Origin: Antedon mediterranea | Lineage: Eukaryota > Animalia > Echinodermata | Assembly: GCF_964355755.1 (NCBI RefSeq) | Contig: NC_092675.1 | Location: 615,812 to 679,811 of the forward strand | Length of the DNA stretch: 64,000 bases | Direction of reading: 5' to 3' | Shown: piece after piece, positions 24,153-37,852 of the stretch | Numbering within the stretch: position 1 is the first letter of the stretch | Layout of the letters: each line of letters opens with the position of its first letter | The notes under the pieces: generated by a model | What the model was told of the DNA's origin: nothing | Databases searched by the model: none | What the model saw: the letters and a program-made list of their open reading frames with translations, nothing else | Position numbers and translations under genes: made by a program

Positions 24153-26519
24153 TCAGATCTGCTACATAAATGAGGTGAGCTGATATTCTAAATGTATTTG
24201 TGTGGTTTGTTTTTTAAGAAAAATGTTTTTTAGCATTTTTTAATGGCTAAAATAGTTCCGTGAACAATACCCTAATCGTTTGAGTGTAGATGTAGATTTA
24301 AATTTTGCCACCCTTTTTACCGGGAAAAATTGAAACTAAAGCCAAATTATATCTTATCGTACTCTAATATTTCTGGTTATCAGATTAGACTAAATCGTAA
24401 AAGAATTCGAAATATTTTAAGATTCCGAGTGTAACTTGAAGTTAAAGATATAATAATAGTAATATAGTAATTACCAATCTTCTATATCTATATCACTAAC
24501 CGCTATTACGTTCTTGTATTTAACTACTAAAAGTGGCTTAATATAACCATGGAAAGCAGATCCCCTTGTCGTAAATACATCGTGATCGCCTCATTATTTT
24601 AATTTTGAAACTATGTCACATTATTACTATAGTGAATGTGTGCGATGTTATTGACATACTACTTTATGTGTAAGTATATAACGTCAGTTTATGTGCAGTT
24701 TTGAGAATGAAAAAGTATTAATCGTATAGGCCAAATTATCCATTGATGTTAAACCTCGTCTTAATATTCGTCAACTTGATACTAAATTCAATCCAGTAAC
24801 AACAACATTAAGATGAAGCAAATCTTAAGGAGTATGCCTAAAGATATCAAGAATCGTAAGTTATAACTTTAAGGTATGTAAGCGATTTTAAGATAAAGCA
24901 AACATTTGTTTGCTCCGCCAGGAGTGAAAAGATATCAAAAATATTGAGTTTTAACGTACGTCGTCCTAAAATGAGCAAAATAAAGTGGTCCAGAATTGGG
25001 GGTCTGGTCCGGATTGCCTCCAAAAATGGATGGAGTTGTCCGTGACCACATATCTATGTATTGGATAGCCTACAAAAAAAAAGTTATTATTGTATTATTA
25101 GGCCTACTTATTAGAATTGTAAATTGCTTATTATTTTGTAAACTGTTTCTGATGTAAATTAATGAATGAATTTAATATATTAATATCGCATTAATTTGAC
25201 ACGGCGCTTTTTATGTCATATAATATTTGTAAAACAAAATAATTATATTATATTATAATATAATTATTTTTTTTTACTTGTCTTTGTGAACACGTACAGT
25301 ACATTGTTGTGGTTTTTAACTTTCAAATAAAAATATATAATTGTGTTTGTACCACGGGTGAACATGTTTGTTCATTTTCGAGGATCACTGACTGAGACAT
25401 CCGTACATCTTTTCCACAAAAAGTTACACTTTGAACCGTGAGCAACCAATTCATCAACAGAAAATGTTAGTCGACTACACACAGTCAATGATGTGTCTAT
25501 GTAGCATTTAGTCTACGAAAGCAACAGAAATAAATAAAATAAAAATCATGTGACATTTTGTTGATGGTTGAATGATGAGTAAAAACAAACAAACGTCACT
25601 CAATACGCCTGTAATATAATTGCCATTCTAATTATCTGATGCTTCCAAATAGACACTAATTAAAATCCAATTACCGCAAAGAGCGAAAGCTTATCGTACT
25701 TGATAATATTTGTCTGGGAATATCAAATTAGGTACGATGCAAAGTTGTGTTTGTATTGACGACTTTTTGAATATCATAACAACAGAAGCCATGATCATAG
25801 CTTCGCACCCAAAAAAATCTTATATACATAAAAAATTTCTTTCAAGAGTAATTACCCTCGGTTAATAAATCTTAATTCAATTAAATTTTATTAGATATTG
25901 ATGCCATCAAGGGCAATTATCCGTATAAACAGACAACAATACATACATAATAGAAAAAATATTTAGGCCTACAATATTGAGTGTAGGCCTAAGTTTAATA
26001 TCATCCAGGATGGCAGAAAGGGGGTTAATATTGTAAATTATTAAGAGACTTATAAGGAAGAACCGACTAACAGTTAAACTAAGTTTAAGCGTATTGGAAC
26101 ATTCATATAAACAAATTGATAGTTGATGGTTGTCTTTAAAATCATCTAAAGCTATGGCGTTTACTCTACCGTATGCCGCATACAATTCGATCACGTTCAT
26201 ATTTACATTAAAATATATTCTGTTTACGACATATAAACATCCAACTGTTCGGGGTCTGTTAAATTGTACACAACTTATCGCAATGATAGCATGAGTTACT
26301 AAACGCGTTTTAATGTCCCTGCTGACGCAATTTAAAGTACTTATGTAATCACCATGTCATGTATTCGTTCTACTTTTGCTTAATAAACATGTAGTATATG
26401 ATTGTTGCCACGTTGGCTGATACTCGATTTGGTTATAGCGATTAAAGCCCTATGAAACGGCACAATTTCGCTGTGTATTAGCCTGTGGAGACAACCCCTG
26501 GAAGGATCGAGTGCGTTGA

Positions 26520-26736
26520 CTTTCATCGTTACGAATTACCCGTGCCAATCGTGCGTAACGATCTTTCACACGAGCAGTTTAGCCTATAAAAAGCTTACGA
26601 CGATGGTTTACATATTTTCATTACACAGTATTTATGTGCAAATATACTGACTCGGTTTTTATTAATCCAAAGTTTATCAGGACAGCAAGTCGCCAGCCTC
26701 CATTATGTTTTGAACCACCTACTTTTTAAAGTAAGT
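26520..26736 (+). promoter_or_regulatory. Candidate + strand core promoter and first non-coding exon
   Basis: CCAAT 26545, TATAAAAA 26585, Inr-like TTCATT ~26617, consensus donor |GTAAGT at 26731, locally CpG-rich. Inference from motif order only. Confidence 0.35.
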
Positions 26737-28479
26737 GTAGGTCGTTTGTCGGGATTTAAACGAGGGTATTTTTTACCGTTTCGCTTTATTACATTATTTG
26801 TAAAAGATTAAAATCTCATTACCGATGTTTTAAACGTGGTACTCTATAAGGAATAGAATATAGATCATAGTGTTTTGTGGAGGCATAAACATGTTATAAG
26901 CCTATATTATATAAGCCTACTATCTGGGAAAAAACCCATATAATAAAACGGTTTGAATACCAATTAACCATTATGAATAGGTATAACAGAAAAGATAGTA
27001 TAGATAACATGTCTCATTTGAATGGATGAAAAGGTGCAATTTGGCAAGAGCGATAGAGGGCGTGCTATTTAAGATACATGTTTAGTCGAGTTTTTAAACT
27101 TTTGACGTGACGTAACCGATATATCAATTTTCGGAAATTTCGGTAAGTAGCTATTCCCTATAAATAAATAAGAGAAATTAACATAATTATTTTGTTAAAT
27201 CCTTCAACATAAGCCTACACCTCCATTTCATTTATGCATTTTATATTATTTCTTTAACATCTTTACTTTATGAAAAAGTCTACAACAGAGGGCGTACTGC
27301 AAATATGCAGTCCTGCTAACTGGATTCTGTTTCACAAACGAAACTTCGTTTCCTTCTTTATTGCGACAATCGCGAAAAAATTACTTACGTTTCACGCGAC
27401 ATTTTACAAACTTTTAGCGTTTAAATTGTATGGTCAAAGGTTACAACATTCACATGACTGGATGTATGCTCTATTGAACATGGTATCTCTATCTGTAGTT
27501 CTATTTGTTGGTCCGAAGAAAAGGCCGGCGGTACTTTCATCATATTAATATTTTACGATTTTTTGATTAGGACGGTTTACATGGCTATTATAAAGTTCCA
27601 TCAACAAATAAATTAAGGCTCACTGAGCGAAATAAATGATAAAATACAGAGCGGCAGAGGGCATGCTATTTATTTCAGGTCATTCAGAGATACAGGTAAT
27701 TTGAATACTAAGCTTTTATGATTCAGCAATATATAAATAAAAAAGAATAAATAGGCATGTCCTGTAAGTATCTAAATTCAGTATGTTGACGCTACCATGT
27801 AAACAAATAAACAAAATGTTATCTTTTTTTTTTGTCTTGTGTGGGTTCGTCCCACTTTTATTATAGTTCTATAGATATAAATAATATATGTATGTATGCA
27901 CATTTATATAATTCTCTTATTTATAAGATACATTGTTCTTTAAAAAAATACATATCTTTTGAACAGTATATACATAAGACTAAGATTATTTTGATGTTAA
28001 GAAGTAACCACATTTACATTCATATACATTTTTAAAAATACAATTAACTAAAATATGTCGATGGCAGTAAACTGACGATAAAAATTGATTTTTAAAAAAA
28101 CGTACTTATGAAAAAGTTATTATTGTTGTTTTATTCTGTTCGTGTCCGTTGTCTGGGTAGAGAGGCTATAAACTCAGGGGAAGAATATAAAGAATCTTCC
28201 CTTTTCACCAAGAAAAAAATGGATGAGATGAAAACGAAGCATGCAAAAGCTTGAAAAAAGGGTGTTTAGAATGGATAGGATGGAATGATATATATAATGA
28301 AAACCGTAAGGTTAGAGTCCATACACAAGTGCAAGTCCAAGGTAATATTTTGGCTCTGTGTGTATGTGAGTCGCTTCATACCCGGATGACATATCTTAAA
28401 ACTAATATAGTTACTAGGCCTATATACAATGTATTTAAGAGATAAAAATAGCATTTTTTTTATTTCATTAATTTAAGGA

Positions 28480-30010
28480 GATTTTGCTTTATATCTCCCC
28501 ATTTACATTGAGATTTAAAGTAGTAGCACTTATACTCATTTTCAATTAAATGCTTTACTTCAGTAATAAAAAGATTCCAGATCTTTTTTCATAGTTGTTT
28601 CCTTTTTTTTCAGGTTTTGTTAATATATGCAACTTATATATAGAGAATACAAATAATGAATCAATTCATTTACAATTATGTTATTTGATCCAGTAATCAT
28701 TGTAGTCCAAGTTATTGGGTCTTCGTTTGAAAAGCTCTTAGCTATGACATTTTTAAATTTAAGCCATATCCATTGAATTACACTGCATTTATATAACATG
28801 TGTTTTTCAGTTTCAACCTTGTTTATACATTTATCACATAAATCATTACCTGCTAAGTTCCAGTTCTTTTTACATGGTAGTATTCTATGCAGAAGTTTAA
28901 AATTAAATTGAGCAACTTTGGGTATATGTTTTAGTCTATAAACTTTATAGTACCAAACATTACTCCAATCAATGTCTAACTTACCTAGTTCTATTTCCCA
29001 TTTTGTTTGTGAATTTGGTATTTTTGAACATCTATTAATAAAATGATTATAGAAGACTGTTCCTTTATTTTTCATATAAAGTCGTAGACTAGGAATACTA
29101 TTGTCTTCCTTTTTTGTATTACCTTTTTCAATAATTTCTTTCCACTCTTTTGCTATGGCTTTTAACAATTGCATATATTCAATTAAGGCGTTATGCCATT
29201 TATACAGTTTAGGAAATATTTCACAAGGTGAAAGTACTCTATCATTCATGTAAATATCTCCGATTGTTTTAAACCCAGAAGATAACCATACTTTAAAATA
29301 CATAGATGTATTGTTCAATACGATATGTCTGTTTTCCCATAATTGTTTGCTCTTTATTTCCATGGTAGTTTTTGGTTTTACATGTATGATATTGTTTAAT
29401 TTTACAACAGACTTCATCATATTTCTATAAAATAAAGGCATACTGCCCAGGTTAGCATGCTCTTCTAAATTCAACTGCGTTATGTTAACTGTATATTCAA
29501 TAGGTTGAAGGTAAAACTTTGGAATGCATTTCCATTTACCTGGATCTGGGCTTAAGAGTCTCTTAACCCAGGTTAGTTTGAGAGATTCTATCACCGAAGT
29601 GAGATCTGGCATATTCAAACCACCTTCTTCCACATTTCTAATTAATGTTGTTCGTTTTATTTTTTATTTTTTATTCCCCAAAGGAAGTCATATAACAGTT
29701 TTTCTATTTTTGTAATTATTTCCTTAGGCACCTCAATAATACTAGCAGTATAGATAAACCTTGATATTGCTAGTGTTTTTATAATAGTAATTTTACCAAA
29801 AAACTTAGGTTACGTCTTTTCCATAAATTTAATACATTTTCTAAGTTGGTGATTTTTTTCTCCCAATTTCTGTATTTACATAATTGTTTATCATAACCTA
29901 CATGTATTCCTAGAAATTGTACTGGTTCACTGGACCATACAATATTGAATGGTTTTGACATATTATTTTTGTTTGAACCAATTGACATATTATTTTTGTT
30001 TGAACCAATC
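28480..30010 (-). mobile_element. 5'-truncated, frameshifted Tx1/L1-clade LINE ORF2 fragment
   Basis: FLGIHVG...LNLWKRRNLS (RT end), EEGGLNMPDL...LKLTWVKRLL, LWENRHI, FNFKLLHRILP and CxxC...ETEKHMLYKC (zf-RVT/CCHC) are typical of Tx1/L1 ORF2. Split across ORFs 29779-30012 and 28620-29633. Confidence 0.9.
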
Positions 30011-30337
30011 AAAATGTTATCTTTGTCAATTTGCGCAACGCAACTTATGATTTGACAAATAAATGCCTTGAAGATTTAAATATCTGTAGGCATAGACCTG
30101 TACATTATCGTTGGAATTTTCACCAAAAGAAAATTAAATAAAACAAATATTACTATCAATCAAACTTCATGCGACTATGTGACATTTAAAAATAACATTC
30201 TGTCATTTCTAAAGAATTCCACACTATTAAGATTAGCAATCAAAAAATTGAATAGTCTAGCAATATTTAAAAATGTAATATAAGAGTTGAATTGGCAGAC
30301 GGTCGACTCATTCGGTGATATAATAATCATTATCCGG

Positions 30338-30682
30338 TTTCTAACTTAACTTAACTCATTATCTAAGTTGGTATCTAACTTAACTTAACTCATTATCTAA
30401 GCTGGTATCTAACTTAACTTAACTCACTATCTAAGCTGGTTTCTAACTTAACTTAACTCACTATCTAAGCTGGTATCTAACTTAACTTAACTCATTATCC
30501 AAGCTGGTTTCTAACTTAACTTAACTCATTATCCAAGCTGGTATCTAACTTAACTTAACTTATTATCCAAGCTGGTTTCTAACTTAACTTAACTTAACTT
30601 AACTCACTATCTAAGCTGGTATCTAACTTAACTTAACTCATTATCTAAGCTGGGATCTAACTTAACTTAACTTAACTCTATC
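30338..30682. repeat. 34-bp minisatellite, ~10 copies
   Basis: Unit CTAACTTAACTTAACTCATTATCTAAGCTGGTAT with variable TTAAC number. Confidence 0.95.
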
Positions 30683-30755
30683 TTTATAAGTTTATGCACT
30701 GTTGTGGCAAAAATTTTTTTTATCGCTTTAACAACGTTTGATAAGTGTTAACAAA

Positions 30756-30865
30756 ATATTTAGACTATAATGATTATTATTATATTTAGACTATAATGAT
30801 TATTATTATATTTAGACTATAATGATTATTACTATATTTAGACTATAATGATTATTATTATATTT
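30756..30865. repeat. 26-bp tandem repeat x4
   Basis: Unit TAGACTATAATGATTATTATTATATT. Confidence 0.95.
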
Positions 30866-32304
30866 CAATGTTCTTAAGAGTAATAAGAAAGAACAATAAT
30901 TAAAACGGGTACGTAAAAAATTCGAGCGGCGTTTTTTGTTAGAAATATTTCTTTCGTTTATACGAGAAAATGCCCTAAATTAACTTTACATCAACTTACA
31001 ATTGTCTTCACCACTCCATCAACTAATTCATGAAATAAATAAATATAATTATTCGCACCAAACATGCAAACTTTCTTAATAGCCGCCCCTAGACACATTC
31101 AACTCTTAATAAATTATGAGTTGTCATTGTATCACACAACCGGAAATATAGAAATATATTTAATAGTTGTTATACAGTACTTGACAATATAGTGACGAAA
31201 ATTGCCAGTCACGTATCTTATGAATAAATATCATCATTGAAAATGTTCTCGTCAGAATTGAAAACAACGACTTCGAATGTAAGAAGTGTAGCTAATTACG
31301 TTTGCAAATAAATCAATCAACGCGGCTAAGATGTGATTTGAAGGAGGTATTATCTCAAATCTGTACGGTATGTCTCTTAGGAAGATAAACGTTATACATT
31401 GCCTGTCAAAACATGTTTTAAACGCTTTCCACACACCAACAGATATCCATTAAATCATTAAGTATAAACATATTTCTTTTATTAAAATGGAAAACGTAAG
31501 TATTATGAACACGCATTAATGATAAATGCAAATACTTGGCTACTAAAACAAGTTTTCTTACAACGATACTGATTCTCTTTGAGAGACCAGATACAAACAC
31601 TTGAATAAAATTTTCTTTCTTACATTCGTTCCACCATAGCAGGCCAGACTTTAAGGGTAAGTGTTCACCAACACTTACCCTTAAAATTATTGTAAAATTT
31701 AAAATAAAAGGGAATATATACTCAAGGGCCATCTTTTAATATTTTATTTACTTAAGTCAAATACTAAGTCAATTTTAGGGCAGAGCTCACTTGCTACGCT
31801 GGAACTTAATAGCAGCAATGTGTAATGCCTGTGATCTTGCTTTTATAGTAGGCCTAGGTCCTGATTTAGCTATGTTTTTTTATACTTAGGCCTACTGTCG
31901 TAGTGTATATATAACTTAATAGCAGCAATGTGTATATTGTTATACTTACTGTGGTATTATTTATTATACTTCCGTAGTGTTTAAACGTACTTAGAGCGTA
32001 AACAGCCAAGTACCTAACTTAAAACACTTAACTTGAAGGGTTGTGGTACAAGAAACTGTTAAATCAAATCTGACAAAGAAGTTCTAGCTAACTACATTTT
32101 ATAAGCGAAAGAATTATACGATTTATTTGTCATATTCAATTTGTGCTGGACGAAGAGTGCATTTAAACTTATATGATTCAATTAATTCAAAACTTGCCAA
32201 TTTAGTCACAGCGCCCTCTCATAATTGTGATACTGAATAAAATTGATAATAAATATTTCTATAACTTTTAAAATTATTATAGAAATACGTGATATGATAA
32301 CAAA

Positions 32305-32455
32305 CATGATGATGATCAGATTGACGAAAATGATTTAATTAAGACGATGATAATAGTGATAAATGAATATGACGATGACAATGATGATGATGATGACAAT
32401 GATGATGATGATGCATGACGACGATGATGATGATGATGATCATCATCATAATAAC
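32305..32455. repeat. (GAT)n imperfect microsatellite
   Basis: Direct reading. Confidence 0.85.
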
Positions 32456-32880
32456 GATTCAAGATTCACTTTCACATAACAATAATTATGATACTTGCTT
32501 CCACCGTCTAAGAAACAATATAAATATATACAGTATTTAAATAACACAATCAGTAGAAAAAAATGCCAAATTCTAAAATTGTAACGTAATTTTCTATTGC
32601 ATATAATATATTATTCATAACCTTCAAAATAGTATAAGTACAACTCATAAAACACAATACCTTAAGCATACCTGTTTGCTACTCGAAGCTATACAAAGAT
32701 GCATGCATTTAATTGGATTACATGTAGTTTTTTCATTTAATTTATCGTTTTGCAATGATCTACGGGATTCAATTCTGTTTCTCGGATTTCAAATTGAACA
32801 TTCTACACATGTAATTTAATTGAGTTTCTATACATCTGCTCTAATTGTAATGTTTTACTTCTACATAACAATCATACTAA

Positions 32881-33050
32881 AGTTCGGTTTCCACCTTTGG
32901 ACGCAACGCAACGACGTAAAGCATAATGCAAGTGAGTTGACCAATCACACGCGACAGTTTTGGATGATTCATCACGTCATGATTGGTCAAATTTCCTACG
33001 GCGCGGCATAACGTGTTTTTTGCGTTGCGTGCAAGAAGTGGGACCAAGCT
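32881..33050. mobile_element. PIF/Harbinger-like MITE family B
   Basis: TAA|AGTTCGGTTTCCAC...GTGGGACCAAGCT|TAA (3-bp TAA TSD); internal ACGCAA repeats and facing TTGACCAATCA / TGATTGGTCAA. Confidence 0.8.
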
Positions 33051-34054
33051 TAACGGTCTATTCAATTGTCTGACTAACGGATGTAGAGTCATTCCATAAA
33101 GTAAGATCGTGATTATTATATAAGTCTTAAAGTATATGCTTCGACAAGTGTTTCTACAGTATTACATAGTAGATGTTAGTAAGTGAATGTTAGTGACGAG
33201 TAATTCGCATAAACCTGTCCACATATATTCCATAATTCAATTTGTTTCCTTTTAAAATGAAAATAAGACATGCATTTGTAGCTGTTTTATCTGAAGGATA
33301 GTCAGCTCTAAGTGGTTTTAATAATGAAAACGAATAATAAATACAATTTGAGATGTCATGACAACCATGTATACAACCATTGTACATCGTTTTGCAGTTC
33401 CAGTAAGGTTTTTAATGAGGGCGTACTTCTCTCTTAATGTTTCTATTTTAATTATTGTTTGAAATACTGTATATATTGGATTATGTATGTAATAACAGTC
33501 AATGCAACGTGTTTATTCATAAAAAAAAATACCATTAAGATATTTGACCAAGGGGATACTATAAATATGGTGTTCAAAAGAATGTGCCGAAGAAACATGT
33601 ACATTATTTGTACATTTATCTATAGAAATAGGACTAGCACGACACATTTCAGTCAATTTCACAAGCCTACAGGACAATGACAGTACATGTATTGTTATTA
33701 TTCCTAGAAACTGCATTTATTTAAATTACAACATTATTAGACATTAACGTAAAATTAATGACCGTTCATATAGTCATCAACCAATAACACAAATATAGTA
33801 TTGTAGTTGTTTTTGGTTAATTTTCCATCTGAATTACCAAGCCAACCAAACTGATAAGTGGCGAACAAGTTCAGTGGTGTGGAAAACACTCGCTTCCTGA
33901 AAGTAGGTGGAATATCAGATATATTTAAATTTTAAAAAAAACATGCCGAAACGCTCAAACTCTAAGTTATATTGCATTGATTAACAAATCTGGTTGGTAT
34001 TATTTTAAACTTTCACACACGGAGTTTTAGATTTGAGTGGACGTGAACAAAGTT

Positions 34055-34190
34055 TTTTTAATTTTTATTTCAAGATCAAAACAGGATTATCATAATTCTA
34101 TAAAAACAAAATAGGAATTTAGTGCCAAGAGGAAACCTGAATTAGTCCTATTTTAGGATTATGCAATAAGGGAAGAACTGGGAGGAACTG
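34055..34190 (-). mobile_element. 136-bp 5'-truncated retroposon 3' end with a 10-bp TSD
   Basis: TSD GAACAAAGTT at 34045-34054 and 34191-34200; AATAAA and A-tail on the minus strand; homologous to 35492-35582 on the + strand. Confidence 0.8.
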
Positions 34191-34349
34191 GAACAAAGTT
34201 CACGTCCACATCGTAGTCGATTGTAAAGCTAACAAGTAAACAAAATGTAAAATAACAACATCTAAAGGACAACTTTACCGAGAACCATATATATATTAAC
34301 AGAGGATTAATAGAGATGTACATAATTATGATTTCAGAACAATAAATAA

Positions 34350-35508
34350 GAACAGTAACATAGGACTAAATCAACAGTAACATAGGACTAAATCAACTAT
34401 AACATAGGACTAAATCAACTATAACATAGGACTAAATCAACAGTAACATAGGACTAAATTTTGTATTGTTAGATTTTAAGATTTATATATATTTTTATAT
34501 GGTATAGTTTATTCCATTCTGTAAGGGGCGGGTTTCCCGCTGTTGAATGAGTTTGAATAAAATAAAAAAAATAAATAAATCAACAGTAACATAGGACTAA
34601 ATCAACAGTAACATAGGACTAAATCAACAGTAACATAGGACTAAATCAACAGTAACATAGGACTAAATCAACAGTAACATAGGACTAAATCAACAGTAAC
34701 ATAGGACTAAATCAACAGTAACATAGGACTAAATCAACAGTAACATAGGACTAAATCAACAGTAACATAGGACTAAATCAACAGTAACATAGGACTAAAT
34801 CAACAGTAACATAGGACTAAATCAACAGTAACATAGGACTAAATCAACAGTAACATAGGACTAAATCAACAGTAACATAGGACTAAATCAACAGTAACAT
34901 AGGACTAAATCAACAGTAACATAGGACTAAATCAACAGTAACATAGGACTAAATCAACAGTAACATAGGACTAAATCAACAGTAACATAGGACTAAATCA
35001 ACAGTAACATAGGACTTAATCAACTATAACATAGGACTTAATCAACAGTAACATAGGACTAAATCAACAGTAACATAGGACTAAATCAACAGTAACATAG
35101 GACTAAATCAACTATAACATAGGACTAAATCAACTATAACATAGGACTAAATCAACAGTAACATAGGACTAAATCAACAGTAACATAGGACTAAATCAAC
35201 AGTAACATAGGACTAAATCAACAGTAACATAGGACTAAATCAACAGTAACATAGGACTAAATCAACAGTAACATAGGACTAAATCAACAGTAACATAGGA
35301 CTAAATCAACAGTAACATAGGACTAAATCAACAGTAACATAGGACTAAATCAACTATAACATAGGACTAAATCAACAGTAACATAGGACTAAATCAACAG
35401 TAACATAGGACTAAATCAACAGTAACATAGGACTAAATTAACTATAACATAGGACTAAATCAACAGTAACATAGGACTAAATCAACAGTAACATAGGACT
35501 AAATCAAC
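34350..35508. repeat. 22-bp satellite (~47 copies) interrupted by an insertion at 34460-34575
   Basis: Unit AACAGTAACATAGGACTAAATC with a minor AACTAT variant. Confidence 0.98.
34460..34575 (+). mobile_element. Short retroposon 3' end inserted in the satellite
   Basis: TSD TAAAT (34455-59, 34576-80), stem-loop GCGGG-TTT-CCCGC (34528-40), AATAAA and an A-rich/(AAAT)n tail. Confidence 0.75.
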
Positions 35509-36215
35509 TTTGGAATATTTCAGGTTTCCTTTTTGTTTTTGTAGAATTATGATAATCTTGTTTTTATCTTGAAATAAATAAAGCTGATACAAAATGTTTG
35601 TATGCATCTCCCGCAACACGTGATAGCCGTGATAAAAAAAAATTAGATGAGAGATACATTGCATAAAAATATCATGTCGCCTATAAAAAGAAGTATTAAC
35701 AACATAAAAAATAGAAAATAATGTGTGCGAGTGTGGTATTATTAGAATACGTGGAAATACATCAACGTTTGTATTGATATTAGTTATTAATAAACAATTA
35801 ATGACTTGGAGAAACAAGACTTTCAACTTATCTATATAATTTGAACTTTATCAATTAATTTTGATATTGAAGCACTTTCAGTACTAAATATGCAATTATC
35901 GTCTTAAGAAGCAAGTAAGAAAGAAGATCATTATTTTGATAATATTTGGATCGGGTAAATTGAGAAGAGTATTACTTTTCCATGTAATATCAATGTCAAT
36001 AGATACAAGTAACATAAAATCTGATTGTAAGCTTTAACCTTATCATCCCAATACCCAGGGTACGTGCCAGTAACACTATGCTACGTATAATATTCCTTTC
36101 TACTCATATTTTTAAGAGCCTCTTTGGGAAATTAAACGTAGATATGAAAAAAAAAGTATACATATATTATATGTACACTTTTTTTAGCTGAATCAACAAA
36201 TTCATAGTTTGTATA

Positions 36216-36291
36216 AACCCTTAGAGATACAGTAACCCTTAGAGATACAGTAACCCTTAGAGATACAGTAACCCTTAGAGATACAGTAACC
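36216..36291. repeat. 18-bp tandem repeat x4
   Basis: Unit AACCCTTAGAGATACAGT. Confidence 0.95.
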
Positions 36292-37852
36292 TTCACTCAG
36301 CATTATCTTTCAGGATAAAGCAACCTAAACTATAATATTGCTTTATTAGTAATAAGGAGAAATTGTTTAAAGAAACTCAGTACTCATGAAATATGATAAA
36401 TGACTTAACGTCTTCTCGTATGTCGATGTTTTAAATAAACCGGTCTTGATTAAGATGTCGTGTAAATAACTTAACATTACAACGATGAGAGAGAGAGCAC
36501 TGGAAATGCTGTGTATCAATATATAAACGCGTCGTAGAGAATAAATTCTGTAAAACATGGTAGGCCTACACACAATAACTATTAAGGAAGTACTACGTAA
36601 TAAAAAGATTTTAAAATGATACTAATGAAACCAGATAAAATTCTTCGAGAAGTTACTGATGAAGTTTATCAAAATATAATGACATTAGGAATTAACAAAA
36701 ATGTGATAAAAAATATGATTTTATGTGTGATGACATAACAGATAATATGAATGTGAATAAAAGTGGTGGAAAAACAGTAGGGAACATATTTGATTCGTGA
36801 CGACCGACGATCAAGGATTAAGTTTAGGCGAGAAGTTGGGACGTGCTTCCTCACTATATTCCTCGACACAGATTTGGTGGTTTCTGGGTCCCGCCAACGA
36901 CCGATTACTAATCAAAAAATAGGTCATCGTCGTAAATCGAAAGCTCCCTCTATATCGAACTTGTATCTATTCTATGTAGCATTGTCGAATGTACATTATA
37001 CTGTACTCGAGCGTTGTAATGTTCATCAGTACGCAATCGCCGCCCTCTACAAAATCAATATGTTACAGTAAACCTATTGTTTTTAAATGTAAAGAATACC
37101 TATAAAAATATGTTAATTTAAATTGTCTATACAGTAGACCTAGATTTGTAATAATGATGTTGTAAATATATATATATACACATTATAATTGGATCCCCAG
37201 TATTTATTGCATCATCAATAGTAGCTCCGGGATAAAAATTGCTATTGTTTCTGTAAACCTTTGGAACACAACAATATTGACAATAGGCTAAATCAACTTG
37301 TTTTTTACAGCGGTGAAGCAGGACATGACATGAGTTGAAAAATAAGTCTTCTCATTCATTCAACGATTTTAATGTATATTCTGAGATTATGATGATGAGA
37401 TGCCGATCAGTGGTGTTAAATTATTCCAGTTGATCTTGACGTATAATTAGAAGCAATGTAAATACAATTTAACTCAGTTTTAAGCTACGATTACAATAGT
37501 TAATATTTCATTAGAGAATTAGGCCCACTAATGATACGATCACGTTGTAACTAATTGGTGACCTGCAGCAATGCAACGCAAGGCTGATCAATGAACAATT
37601 GATGATATTCTATACACCAGTACTTTTATGTAAATGCTATATATTTTGATCAATAATTGGTTGTTCTATTTTTTCTTTCATGTTACGTAATAATCGTTCA
37701 TGTTTTTCATTAGCTCAATTTCTCCTTATTTTTTTCCAATCAATCATAGTATCAAGCAAGCACTGTATTTTTCAGGGAACACGATAGACGCCTTCTGATA
37801 CAAAAGGGTTATATTTGTAACGATTATTATACTGACCTAAAACCTCTATATG

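Noticed and set aside
36781-37071. ORF starting GTYLIRD, reminiscent of the SH2 GTFLIR motif, in a CpG-rich patch
   Set aside because: No further SH2 similarity and no polypyrimidine acceptor; probably chance.
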